Source of the DNA: Ginglymostoma cirratum
Taxonomy: Eukaryota
Reading direction: 5' to 3'
Assembly: GCA_024137785.1 (NCBI GenBank)
Contig: JAHRHZ010000115.1
Span: 189,111-253,110, forward strand
DNA: 64,000 nt
Shown: one piece after another, positions 41,255-54,384 of the stretch
How positions within the stretch are numbered: the first letter of the stretch is position 1
How the letters are laid out: each line of letters begins with the position of its first letter
Position numbers and translations under genes: made by a program
Notes under the pieces: model-generated
Told to the model about the DNA's origin: nothing
The model's database searches: none
The model's input: only the letters and a program-made list of their open reading frames with translations

Positions 41255-41896
41255 CTGAAGGGGAAAAGTAAAACTTTGTGTGTGAGTATCAGAGAGAGTG
41301 AGGGAGATGATGTACATTCACGTTGAATCTTCAAAAGCAAGAACAGGAGGAAAAATAAAGCCATTGTCTGTTATGATCGTTTTAAATAATGAATCACAGT
41401 TTAGAAGTAATCCATTTGGCCCATCAATTAGCCCGAAATCTTAGCAACGATAATTTGCTGTTTGCTACTCGTCTTCTTCCCCAATTAGCTCCCCATTTTC
41501 TTCCTTTTGAGGTATAAATTAAATTCACATTTGAGTGTCTACATTGAATCTGCCTTCTTGGCGATATGGGGTCGGTTGCAGGCAGAAGTTGGTGTGTTCT
41601 AGTTTTATACCACTCTCTGCTTGGGAAATGTTACCTCATATTGCATTGCTTGCACAGAAACTTAAATTGGTAATCTCTTATCCTCGATGCTTCTAACAAT
41701 TAAAATTTTACTCCCCATCAGCAGCATGGACTTGACTGAAGCGGAATAGCTTACTTCTGATCATAGGTCTTATAGTCTTACTTCGAAAATAATTATTAGA
41801 TATGTGTTTTCCTTTTCAACTTGGCTTTTACAGAATAGAATCACCGACTTGTTCAATGGCGACGCTGCTGTCAAGCTCTTTTACCTTTTGAACTCT

Positions 41897-42205
41897 TATA
41901 GAATCCCTACAGTGTGGAAGAGCCATTTGGGCCCAGCGAGTCCACAACAACCTTTTGAAGAGTCCGAAACAGACCCAGCCTCCACACTTTATCGACATAA
42001 CCCCGCATTTGCCATGACTAATCCACCAAGCCCGCACATCCCTGGACTCTATGGCATAATTTAACATTGCCAAACCACTTATTCTGCATATCTTTGTACT
42101 GCGGGAGAAGATTAAAGCAGCAGGCAAAGAAAGGAAATGCAACCGCCACACATAGGTAGAATCGATCGCTGTGCGGCATTAGTGCTAATCATTGAGCCAT
42201 CGTGT
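41897..42205 (-). mobile_element. V-SINE (HE1-like), degenerate
   Basis: Head, V-domain and tail similar to 14550-14848. Confidence 0.65.
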
Positions 42206-42938
42206 TAGCCTAGATCTCTCTGATGCCTTCCCAAATGTCGTATATTGTGGCATTAGATTTGGATGCGAAACACTACCTGATATTGAATGAACGTTCTGAG
42301 TAAAGTTCCACGTAGCTTCGCACTTCACATTAGCTTTCATTTTGGTACATAACGATTGCATTCTCCATAGTTCTAATAAGCCTAAGTGTATGTTGCTCCA
42401 TGTTTCATTAACCACACTTTCAAGATATCCTGTGTCCTCCAATTTTGAATCATAAGATGGGGAATACTAGAGACAAACGGGATAGTCTGTGCTGGGGCCA
42501 GAAGGAGGGGTGTGGTCTTAAATGAATATTTCTCATCAGCATTCACAATGAGGAAAAACAGTTAAAGATTTCAGTTGTGAGGTTCTAAAGCATGTAAAGG
42601 TTAGTAAGTAGGAGGTACCAGATGTTTTAGCGGGCACAAGGGTGAATAAATCTCCAGGTCCCGGGAAGAAATATCCCAGGCCGCTACGAGAGGCAAGCGA
42701 GGCAATTAATGGGCGGAGATATTAAATACTTCCCTGGCCACAGGGGAAGTGCCAGATAACTGCAAGATAGCTAACGTGGTTCCTTTGATCAAGAAGTGCA
42801 GCAGGGATAGGCCAGGTAATTACAACCTAGTGAGTTTGACGTCTGTGGTGGGGAATTTGTCGGAAAAGAATTCTGAAGGACAGGACTAATCAACTCTTGG
42901 AATAGCAATTGTTTGCGCCACGAGAGGCCGTGCCTTAG

Positions 42939-43315
42939 TGGGGGGCGATGGCCTAGTGGTATTATCACTGCACCTGTTAATCTAGAGACCCAGATAATAT
43001 TCTGGGGACCCGTGTTTGAATCCGAACACAGCAGATGGTCAAATTTGCATTAAATAAATATCTGGAATTAAGAGTCTAATGCAGACCATGAGCCCATTGC
43101 TGGGGACAGCACATCTGGTTTAATAATGCCCTTTAGAAGGAAACTCCCAACCATATAAGATCTGGCCTCCATGTGACTCCAGGTCCACAGCTATGTTGTT
43201 GAATCTTAACTTCCCTCCAGGCAATTAGGGATGAGCAATAAATGCTGCCTGGCCAGTAATGCCCTCATTACTGCCCCAAGTAATGCCCTCATCATCATGT
43301 GAATGATTTTTTTAA
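42939..43315 (+). mobile_element. Deu-type SINE (SacSINE1-like)
   Basis: Same family as 16568-16873. Confidence 0.65.
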
Positions 43316-43629
43316 AAATCAGGAGAGTGCGCTTAACAGACTGACCACGGTGATGCCAGGGTGCAGAGTATTGGCCTGAAGACGGGTTTTGTAGACCAGG
43401 CTTGTTGGTTGGAAGATGAAATAGTAACTCTTCACCCTCACTGAGCTAACTGAGCTAGTTGGAATATTCATTAGTGAAAAATAAAAGGGGAAAACTGATC
43501 TTCAGCTCAATGCATCGAGATCATGGCTTAGTTAACAACAGAAAAGTCATACTCCAAACACGAATGCTGTTGGAAAACATTTACACACAACTGCTCTGAT
43601 CCACAGTAGCAATCTAACGCAAAAGGGGT

Positions 43630-43768
43630 AAAGGAGATAAAAGGTACTGCAGATGCTGGAGAATCCGAGATAACAAGCATGGGGCTGGATGAACACAGCA
43701 GGTCAAGCAGCATCATAGGAGCAGGAAAACTTGACGTTTCGGGCCTAAACCCTTCATCAGAAATGGGA
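43630..43768 (-). mobile_element. 139-bp PLE-terminal insertion with perfect 14-bp TSD
   Basis: AACGCAAAAGGGGT at 43616-43629 and 43769-43782. Confidence 0.85.
43733..43760 (-). ncRNA. minimal hammerhead ribozyme motif, intact core
   Basis: attt-CTGATGA-A-GGGT TTAG GCCC-GAAA-CGTC-aagt; helix I AUUU/AAGU is possible. Confidence 0.65.
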
Positions 43769-45278
43769 AACGCAAAAGGGGTGCCAATTAGAATTATAAA
43801 CCTTTAGATTAACGCATATTAATATTAACTTCTTAAAAGATGTGGGCGGAAGTGCATATAATTTGATAAGCCTTTGATCCGTTTTCTTCTCAGAGATTGT
43901 GGGAATAGTATTCTTCGTCTTGCTGGTGGTCTTACATTCTATTGGTTTCCTGTTTTTACTCTTGAATAACTAAAAATTTCACTTTGTGGTTCATCACCCA
44001 CGCATTCTATTTGAAAATCTCATGAGGTTATGTGGATCTCAAACATGGTCATAGCTTAGGGGTTCCAAAAGAACTTTTGATAAGGTCCCACATTATGAGT
44101 TTGTGAAGAAAATTAAAGCACACTTGACTGGCATGGATTGAAAAACGGTTAACAGGCAGAAAGCAAAATAGAACATATGGATCATTTTCAGTTGACAGAT
44201 TTTGCCCAGAATGGCAGAACAGGCACAAGGGCTAAAAGGCCCGTTACTGCTCTTGAAATCCTATGTTTCTACGGAGTTTCTGTTCTCAGCTCTGTCTCTT
44301 TCAGTTGTATTCAACATAGCACTCACTTCCGGTTTTTATTAGATATTGGAATTTAACTGCCATCTTATACTGGAATGTGAATTCCATGTTGAAATTCTCA
44401 CTTTGATTCCGCTTATTACATTTGTTGATGTTATTCTCAAATAAATCGCCCCCTTTTATGAATTTCGTGAAGTAAACATTCTACCATCTCTCTCGTTAGT
44501 AATTTCCTTGCACTTCGTGGAATCCGAAATTCCAACTTCTCTGAGACATGTATGTATGATTTGTGTACTATCATCATCCAAAGTTCCTCCGTATCAGTAC
44601 TATCAGTATTTATTCATAATGATCCATCCTTCAGAAGTCAACGTTTCCTAATTTATTTAGAGTGCTCCATGTTCGATTGCAAACTTTTGTTTGCAGTTCA
44701 ACTTTCTCTCTTGGTCTTCCTTTCTAAGGAAAGTTGAATTCTACTCAACTCAACGTTTTCTATTCTTGCTATATTCTGATTCTGATGTTACATTTCATCT
44801 CGTTTGCACACATTCTTACACAATTTCATCATATTGGGAGACTTGATGATTTGGTCAAAGAACTGTTAATAAAGCCAAAATACTGTTAGTGCTAAAAATA
44901 TTTATCAGACATGGAGAATGCAGGAGTAACTTTTTAGTTCTGACAGCATTTGTGGATAGACAAAAATAGTTAACTATTAGTGTTTGACCATTCTTCATAA
45001 TTTTCCTCTCAAGCAGAATCATTCCAGACTCCAAAAGTTAACTCATGTATTCTCCACAAGTGCTGTCAGACCTGGTGATGTTCTTCAGCATTCTCTTGGT
45101 TTCCTGTCAGCAATCGACCTTCAAATGATCTTTCAAAACCAATATGATAAATATCATGAAAGAAACGATTGATATATTGGATTACATACTTCATAATTTG
45201 TATTTCGATACATCTAAAAAATAAGCTGAAGCTTCTTGCAATTTTTTAAATCCGAATTCAATTCACAATTGTTGTTAC

Positions 45279-45433
45279 CTTAAACAGGGTTATACAAGTG
45301 CCGTAGAATATACTGAAAATAAACATGATGGCGAAGGTGATTATAATTGATACACAGTTGGAATCTTCATCAGAAAATTCTAATCCTTCTTCAACCTCAT
45401 AACCTTCTGGTTCTTGACTCACTTGAGGGATTT
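45279..45433 (-). CDS. IgNAR: IgNAR transmembrane exon TM1
   Basis: tttag|..(E)IPQVSQEPEGYEVEEGLEFSDEDSNCVSIIITFAIMFIFSIFYGTCITLFK|gtaac: acidic spacer plus antigen-receptor TM motif (TF..F..S..Y...T); phase 1 in, phase 0 out. Confidence 0.9.
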
Positions 45434-45569
45434 CTAAACGTAATAGAATGACATTGTTACAAATAAAAATAATGTGATTTCCAAATAGCTGCAAAGAGGT
45501 TGCAAAAGAATTCAGAGCAAGAATAAGCAATGTCGAACATTCATTTGGTTCATCCATTAACCAACTCAA

Positions 45570-48150
45570 TGTCGGATAGCCTGATTATCAAAATAATTTG
45601 GGGAAAAAACGACTTGTTGCTTGCTAATAGTAAAAGATTAGTCATTACTTTATCTCTCTCTCTTAAACATACTCAATAATCTGACCTCCAAAACCTTGTG
45701 AGACAATGAGTTCCACAGATTCACTACCCTCAGGCTGAAGAAATTCCTCCTCATCCCAATTCTAAAGAGTTGTCCCTTCACTCTGAGGCTCTACGCTCGG
45801 GATCTATTCTCCCCGACTAATTGAAACTTCTCCTATATGTTCACTCTACCCAGGCTTCTCAGTATTATCTAAGTTTCCATGAGATACCGCACCCCCCCCC
45901 ATCCTTCTAAACCACTTCAAGTACTGACTCAGAGACGTCAACCGCTTCTCATCTGACAAGCCCTCCATCTTCAGGATCATCTTGAGAAAATCCTTTGGAT
46001 CCTTTCCAAGGCCAGCCCATCCTTCATTAGCTATGAGCCTCAAAACTGCTCAAAATTTTCTAAATGCAGTTTTACCAGAGATGTATACATACTCAGATGT
46101 ACAACCTTACGTTTTCGTTTCAATCCTCTTGAAATGAATGCTAACATTGCATTTGCCTTCCTAACTGTCAAAGGAAACCGCATATTAACCTGAAGCAAAT
46201 CTTGAACTAAATCACCTAAATCCCAATTTGCTTTAAACTTTCGAAGGCTTTTCCATTTAGAAAGTAGTGTACGCGTCTATTTTTCCTTCCAAAGTGCATG
46301 AACTCACACCTTCCTACATTGTATTCCATCTGCCACTTTATGGCCCATTCTCTTAGCCCATCCAAGTCCTTCTGTAGGCTCCCGCTTCCCCAACACTCCC
46401 TGTCTCTCTACATATCTTTCTCACCCACAAACCTGACAACAATACACTTAGTTCCTATGTCCAGATAGTGAACGGTTGTGTTCCCACCAACATGGGCCCC
46501 TGTGGATCTCCACGAGTAACGGGCTGCCAATTTATGAAATGCCCCTTTATCCTCACTTTCTGCCTTCCACCAGTAAGCCAATCTGTATTTCCATACCTGT
46601 ACCTTTCCCCTAAAAGCATGGACTCTTATATTATTATCAACACCCTGTGCGACTCTTTGTCAAAGGCCTTCTGGAAATCGAAATAGGTCGCGTCCATTGG
46701 CTCTCCTTTGTTTAACTTGCTCATCACCTCTTCAAAAGATTCTGACAGATTTGCAGGCACGACTTCCCTTTGGCGAAATCATGCAGGCTTAATCCCTTTT
46801 CTACCAAGCACTTCCAAGTCTTCTGTAATTTCTTCCTTAATACTGGACTCTAAGAAGTCAGAAGTCAGGGTAACCAGCCTATAATTTCCCATCTTCGGTC
46901 TCCTTCCCTTCTTACATATTGCTGTTACATAAGCCATTTTTCAGTCGTCTGGGACCGTCCCTGACACCAGTGATTTATTAAATTTCACTACAATCTCCTT
47001 AGTTGTCTCCTTCTCCTGGTGTGTAGTGCATCTGTGTGATTTATTCACATTCAGACCTTTCAGCTTCCCCAGCACAAGATCTTTACTGATGGTCACAACA
47101 GTCACATTTCCTGGACTCTCTTGAAGTTCTAATATGCTACTTGTGTCTTGAACCCTAAAGACTGGTGTGAACTACCTATTCAGTTCCTCTGCAATTTTCC
47201 TGCTCTCAATTACTACTTCTCCTGCCTCATTTTCCAATGGTTCAATGTGCACACTTGCCTCTCTTTTGCTTTTCATATATGTAAAAATAACATCACTTGC
47301 AATCTTCTATTACTGGATCGTTTACACTCACATTGCATCTTCTTCCCCTTTATTGCTTTTGTTTCAATTGCCCTTATGCTGATTTTTTAAAGCTTTCCAA
47401 ACATCTGGCTTCCCACTCAGTCCTTGCAACGTGCATGCTTCCTGTTTTGGGTTTGTGCTGTACCTGACTTTCCTCATCAGCCATAGTTGCCTCCTTATCC
47501 TCTTAACTTGTTCTTTATTCCTTGGGACGGATGTCTGCTGTGTCTCCTGAATTACCCATAGAAACTGCTGTCATTGCTGCTCCACCATCTTCTTTGCTAG
47601 GCTCCATTGCCAACCGACTGTGACCAGTTCCTCTCTCATGTCTTTGTAGTTAACATTAATCAATTTTAGTACAGTTACATCTGATTCAAGATCCCCACCG
47701 CCACCACCCCTCTCCCGCCTCAAATGGCAGGGTGAAGTTTATCATATTATGGTCGCTGACCCCAAGGTCTCCTTTTCCATAATCTCCCTAACCAAGTATG
47801 CTTCATTATGAATCACCAAATCCAGAATTGCCTAATCTCTAGTGGACTCTATTACACTCTGCTCCAACAAAAATCGAAGGCAGTCGACAAAATCATTTTC
47901 TTGGGATCCGATAAAACCTGAACTTCACAATCAACAAGCTTATTGATCATTGTAATTGTGGTTTTCCTGCATGCCTTTTCTACCCTTTTTTGTAGTTTCT
48001 CCCCTCCACCCAGACTATCCCTAGGAGTCTGTATATTACTCCCACCGGGGTATGTTTTCCTTTGTGGTTTCTCACTTTACCCACACAGACTCTATGCCTT
48101 CCAACACTATATCACTTCTTGCTATTTGATTTCATTTCTTACGAACAAGG
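45570..48150 (-). mobile_element. degenerate CR1-like LINE
   Basis: Antisense of RT (DFQKAFDK) and of the ORF2 C-terminus and tail. Confidence 0.75.
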
Positions 48151-48639
48151 CAACCACATTCTTTAGAATTAACAGAATGAAAGATGATTTTGTTCAAGCT
48201 TATAATGTGCTAACAGGGCAGAATAAAGGCTCTTGTAATTCGATGGCAGTGTCTTTACCTCTGAACCAGAAGTCTTGAATTCAAGATCCAACTAGTTCAG
48301 AGATATGCCATACAGGAGGTTAAAAATCTCTAACAGTTCAGGAAAGTCTAAATGCAGGCTATTGACACTTCAAGGCGGCTCTAAAATAGGTTGTCTTGGT
48401 CTCCAGATACAGTCTAACTCACGTAAGACTTAGTCGCAGACAGCAACACCTTCGAAGAGTCCTGAAAAGCCTTCCATGTTGTGGCTCTATTACAACCCTT
48501 TGCACCATAAAATTATGCGGGCGATTGTTGTTCAGCCAGACAATATATCATATACAATATAGTTAGCTTAGACAGAAAAAAAGCCTCGATGCCGGTGAGG
48601 CCAATCGTTTCTATTACTTCAACGCTTGTAATGTTTACC

Positions 48640-48885
48640 GGAGGCGATACTTAATGGTATTATTGCCGGAATGTTAATCCAGAGACTCAGGTAATGTTCT
48701 CGAGTCCCGAGTTTGAACCAAGTTGCAGCAGATATTTGAATTTTAATTCAATAAGAATCTGGAATGAGGTGTCTAATAGTGACCATGATACCATTGTCGA
48801 TTGTCACTAACGCCCTTTAGGGAAGGAAACTGCAAGCTGGAGACCCAGAGAAATGTGATTGAATCTTAACTGCCCTCTGGACAAT
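48640..48885 (+). mobile_element. Deu-type SINE, partial
   Basis: Same family as 16568-16873. Confidence 0.6.
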
Positions 48886-50337
48886 GCATACTCACCACAC
48901 CAACAACGTTCTCGTAAACGTGACTGCATAAAAAAAACATGGTGCCCTGCCTTTAGATGTTGGAGATGTAACTCTGATGGAAGTACTGCGTAATGTACGC
49001 CTGACGGCAGCGCAGTACCCGTGATTCGATTCCCAACAGAGTTTGAAGAGGACGTTGTCCACATTGGGATTCGTCTGTCCCTTCAAGCTGTGGTTGCTCT
49101 GCACTTTTTAGAAAGTGTCCTGAATCGTGATCGCTTCCACCTGCAGATTTCATTTTGGCTGTTGAGCGTTTGGCTCAAGAAAATGGCGAATGGGGTGGAG
49201 CGAGACCATGTCCTCATTTCACATCATAGGAGACTTAGAAGAGATTCGAGATGTCACTACTGTGCTTGAAATTGGTGATTGATAAGATGTGAGATCAAAG
49301 GAAAACAGAGGATCTATACGTTCATAGGAAAGGTCAGTCAACCCGCAACATTATCTTGGCTTTCTCCACACAGATGCTGCAACACCTGCTGAACATTTCC
49401 AGCAATTTATGTTTTTGTTCCACGTTGTATTAGGATAAGGACATTTTGCTGATTTAACCAACTCTGCCACTTGATAAGATCATGACATATCTCATTATTT
49501 CCTCACTCCACATTCCTACCTGACACCCTTGCTATTTGTGAATCTATCTAATAATGTATTTTAATACAATAAATTAACTCACGTCTGTTTCTCTCTGGGG
49601 AAGAACTCCAGGCATTTGCAACCCTCAATGATTTCTCCTCAATGTCCATTTTAATTGACAGATCGCTAATATTAACCTAATTTTAGCCTTTACCGCAGCG
49701 GAGGGAAATTCTCACACATCCCGTTTCCTATAAATTCAGCAGTAATTATTTTGAACTCCAAATAACGCAGGCCAGTCTTGACCATTCTTAACTCTAAATA
49801 CAATATTATCTCACCCTCCCGCCTCCCTCACCTTCAGTTATCTGATGGTATGACCTTCAGTCACCTCCTGTCAACTGATTCTAATAGAGGTCTACAGGAC
49901 AGCAAACGATCCTTCAGCCCATCAAATCTGAGTTGATCACCTATTGGTATTTCCTTTCATCTCATTCCCCATGGGTTAAACGCAAATTTTTCAGAGTCAG
50001 TACAACTTCCTTGAAAGCAAGCTTGAATCTGGCAGCAGAGCAGAAATGGACACGTGTCGCGATATTTTATGGAATGGACATCATACATAAATGGATTCAT
50101 TTATAAATTATCTGCACGAAGATTAAATGCATGCAAAACATAAATATAGATATGGAAATCAGCAGATTTGTTTTTTTAAGTGTCCATTTATTGCAATTAT
50201 ATGAGCCACGTACGGATGAAATACAACTTTCTGTTCATCACCAAGTCACAAAACCCTTCGACATATGTTTAGAATTACTGTAGTGTCAGGCAGGACTAAG
50301 CTAATTCTTTACCATCAGATTCTAAGCACATTTACAT

Positions 50338-50360
50338 TTTATTGATGTATTCAATTTATT
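50338..50360 (-). promoter_or_regulatory. poly(A) signals of secreted IgNAR mRNA
   Basis: Two AATAAA on the minus strand (50355-50360, 50338-50343), ~130-150 nt after the stop; another at 50187-50192. Confidence 0.6.
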
Positions 50361-50485
50361 CTACTCCCTAAAATGTGGGCAAGTGTTTGCTGATCTGGAG
50401 AGTTCTGTGACAATTGATGAATCAGAAACATCTGTGAATTCCACCGCTGAGTTAAATCAATTAAGCAATTATTCAATGCTGGTAG

Positions 50486-50868
50486 TTATACGCAAGGTTT
50501 TAGACTATCAGTTAGAACAACAGACACGTTAAACAATGTAGGTTTACCCCGGAAATTATTTGTACTTCTAATTAAGTTTCTTTTAAGGGACGGGTGTCCC
50601 ACTAAACAGGAATAAGTAACTCCACTGTTCCACTCTGCCGCGGTGACTTGCAATCTGCTGGCAATGGAATTGGAATCCCCTTCCTTCCTGGTGATTGGTT
50701 GGCTCAGCGAACCCGAATCCAAAAGCGTGTCATTGGCCATCCAAGCAATGTAAATATCAGCTGGATAGAAACCAGTGGCGAGACACACTAGAGTAGCTGT
50801 CTTCTCAGTTTTAATCTCATCCGCTGATGGAGGCAGAACGTAGACTTTCGGAGGATGCATTTGTCCAA
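50486..50868 (-). CDS. IgNAR: IgNAR constant exon C5 plus secretory tailpiece (internal donor after 50548 for the TM form)
   Basis: ctttgcag|(V)GQMHPPKVYVLPPS..ATLVCLATGFYP..WMANDTLLDSG..YSCLVGHPSL..G|GTAAA; tail GKPTLFNVSVVLTDSLKPCV* with an NVS sequon and penultimate Cys. Confidence 0.95.
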
Positions 50869-51554
50869 CTGCAAAGAGAATGAGATTTATTACACAGAGG
50901 CTATATTTTGGTTAATTCTCACTTCCAGTGCCCTCTGTTATGAAAAATTTTGTTTGAACATTGAGAAACAGCTTCAGATCCATGCAAGTTTACTTGTATC
51001 TATAATACTGCAAAGAACTGCGGCTGCAAGAGATCTGAAGCAAAGACACACACACACACAAACACACACAAACACAATTGATGGAAAATTTCAGCAGGTC
51101 TGGCAGCATCTGTGGGGAAGAAAAAGCAGATCTTATATTTTGAGTCAGGTGACTCTTCAACAGCGTTCTGATCCACTTCCTGATTCATACGAGGAGGTTC
51201 CGTCAGGGACATTGTGGTTCTTCAACTCTACCCATACATATTTTATGCTTTCTAACTCTATCATTATTTTTGCTATCGATATAATTCCATTTCTTACTAA
51301 CAAGGCAACTCCGCCTCCTCTGCCCGTCTGCCAGTTCTTTTGATAGGATGTGCATCCTTGACAATTTGATAAATAGCTCTCTTTGGCAGCACATATTTGG
51401 GAGCACAGTGCGCGTCAAATTACAAAGAGAAGTCCACAGCAAAAAAGTTCTATTCTATGTCAACAATTAACCGACAAAAATCGCTTTAAAAAAGCCGCTT
51501 TGCTTCCAATGCATTTAAGATGCCAAGTTCTAAACTCAAAGATTCTGACACAAG

Positions 51555-51663
51555 ATAAAAACCGAAAGATCTGAGGAAGGGTCAACAGCCCCGAAACGTT
51601 AACTCTGTTTTCTCCTTACAGATGTTGCCAGACCTGGTGAGCTTTTCCAGCAACTTTGTTTTT
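51555..51663 (+). mobile_element. PLE-terminal insertion (second family) with hammerhead motif 51571-51600 and 14-bp TSD
   Basis: GATTCTG(A/G)CACAAG at 51541-51554 and 51664-51677; CTGAGGA-A-GGG..CCC-GAAA-CGTT. Confidence 0.75.
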
Positions 51664-51814
51664 GATTCTGGCACAAGTCCTGCTTGTCGCAGAAGAGGTT
51701 GGTAACCAAGCCAAGCTAAAGACAAAAGTGATACATCTGATGGCATACTCTTCGGTGTCGCATTGACCGAAAATCATGGACGATATGTTCAACATATGCA
51801 ACAAAATATCTTAC

Positions 51815-52135
51815 CTATGAGTTTTCTGGTGGATGATTTCACTGGAGTTGGCAATGCGTTGTTCTCTACGAAACAAACATATTCCACCCCACTGTTCCAT
51901 TCCACGGTAGTGACTTGGAGTTTGCTAATGATGGCCAATTTACTTCCTCTCCACTCAGGCTTCTGAGTATCGACTCCTTCCGTCCTCCTGCTCCCATCCA
52001 CTTGCCAGGATACGCTGATGTTTTCCAAATCAACGTAGAGAATTTCGCAAACAACAGTAGCAGTCAGCTGGTTCCAAATCTCTTCAAATGAAGGCTTCTG
52101 TACATTGACAGAAATGACTGCCTCGTGACAATCAG
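51815..52135 (-). CDS. IgNAR: IgNAR constant exon C4
   Basis: tttcaag|(A)DCHEAVISV..FEEIW..ATVVCEILYVDLENISVSWQVDG..EYVCFVE..G|gtaag; 321 nt, phase 1-1; extra N-terminal Cys as in IgNAR C4. Confidence 0.95.
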
Positions 52136-54384
52136 CTTGAAATAAAAATAGAGTAGTTATTTTAAGATGATATTTTGAAAACATAACTTGAAACAACTGC
52201 AACATATTCCAAGAGGCAAGAAATAATTACACTTACTCTAAACTGTTCTTCTCAGTATATTTTTTCTTGAATACTTTCTAAAATGATGGACTCCCCTGGA
52301 TTGCGCTTTATTCTTAACTTCCTCCAGCTTCCATGGAGAAAGTTATCTGTAACACTTTCGAACATTCCACAGTTTGCCATTTTTTTCTGACTGGGAAGTT
52401 AATTGTGCAGACTCTTTCGGTTCTGGTGTTGAACACATACCTACCCATGAAATGAAGCATTACCGCTGTTCAATTACTTTTACCTAGAAGCTGCGGATTC
52501 CAAGATTGCACCAGTTAAGATCATCAAAGTCTACTCTGTGCCAGTCTTTATATTGATCTGACTGTGTTCAAGGAATGAAAGACCTTATTACCTTTGGACT
52601 AAACTTCAGATTTCCCACATCAACTCTGCATGGATTTCGTTTGTTTTTTGAGATCAGATTTTTCTTTTGATGAAATAAAGAAATGCAATGCCAGTTTAGG
52701 AAGAAGCTTTGCTGCAAATACGTGGTTACATTGAAATAAAAGTATAACATGAGACGTGTATTACGAGATCATCCATAGCCCAAGGGAACTTCTCCTGACA
52801 GCTCTTCTTACGGAGAAGGTTTTTACAGTCCAGGTAAACTGATATTGCTCATATTCATAATATCAGAGACAGGGAATAGAAGTTGCCACTGTGAGCGGTG
52901 AAACTGCTTTCCTCTTAACAATGGCGAATACATTATTTAGAGACTTTCAGTAGTCACGTATGCTACATTTGTACTCTTCCAGTGGGATAACGTCTTCTAT
53001 TCAGGCGCATAATCACATTATTTTGCCATATCGATGCCAAATTTGTCACTTAATCCAGATGACAAGGGACCAAAATGCTATAGAATGCGTTTCTGGATTG
53101 TTCCCATTTGCACCCAATGTCTATCTTTCCAAATTCTGAGTTCTAAAGACATAGTTTTTACGCGTCCTAGAAGTGCAATGTATTGCTCTTAATTTCGAGA
53201 TGAGGACTCTACATATTCTCAATTGAAAAAAAAGTTATTTCTTTTTCTTTCTCCAGAAAGTAGGGAAATTGATTAAACTATTGATTTAAGGCAGTATTTG
53301 ATAGATGGTTGATGCTCTTGGGAATTGAAGACTGTCAGGTTGGGGAAAATCGAAAATATAACTGAACATGGAAAAAAGTTTGACTGGTTAAAATGAAGGG
53401 GAAAGAGATACAAATTAAGGCTTTCAGGTTGGAAGTAAGTAATATTTGTTGTACCACAAGAATCGGTGCTAATACTTTACAACTTACAGGAAGGATATTG
53501 GACAAATTGTCGGAAGGCATAATTGTCAATTTTGCTCAGGCCGCCAAGAAGACAAGGATTTTACCTTTTGAAAAGGCTATAAGAAGTTTAGAAAAAAGAA
53601 AAAAATAGAAAACATATTAGTTTAGTGATTGGGAAATATTGCTGCAAACAGACTCTGTTAGTGAAAATTGTCATTTTGGCAGCAAAATTGTGATAGAAGC
53701 ATCCAATTATAAGAAATGTCTTCACATTGACACTGTTAAGCCATTGAAAATTTCTGCCACAGAACATGATTGAGGCCAAAATGTTGAATGCTTTCAAAAG
53801 GAATTAGAAGCAACTCTGAGGACAAAGGGGATGGAAGGATATGGGAAGAAAGACGGAACAGAATAGTGAGTTGGATTATGAAAAATCATCGTGTCGAATT
53901 GCAGAGCAGGCTCTGAAGACTGAAAGGTCTAATCCCTGTTCAATCTTTTATATTGAGCAAATGCTGAGAGACTGTAGAGGTCCAAGATGTAGAGAGATCC
54001 CAATGACCTCAGAAATTACAAATGGTACATCGGTGCAGCAAGTAATTAATAATATTAATGCAATGTAATAATTTATCACGAAGGGAATTGAATACAAAAT
54101 AGCAAAGTTATGTTACAACTTTGAAATGACTTGGGAATACATCTGGTGTAATGTGCACGGTATGCTCAATTCATTTAAGAAATGTAAAAGCACTGGGGGT
54201 AGCTGAGAGAGGGATTACTAGACTAAATATTAGAATGTAATGGTAGTCTTCAGAGAAAAAATTTGAAAAATTATGCTCATTTCCACTAGAGTTTAGAAAA
54301 GTAAGAGGCTATTTGAATTAAACATACAGGTGTAGGATCCTAGGCCCTAATATCTGCAGCAGATTCATTAACGTTCGTTGCTCC

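Noticed and set aside
48891-49140. Extra exon between C5 and TM1; GTACTGCG/CGCAGTAC inverted repeat
   Set aside because: The acceptor lacks a pyrimidine tract, the frame hits a stop, and the region looks like an old SINE head.
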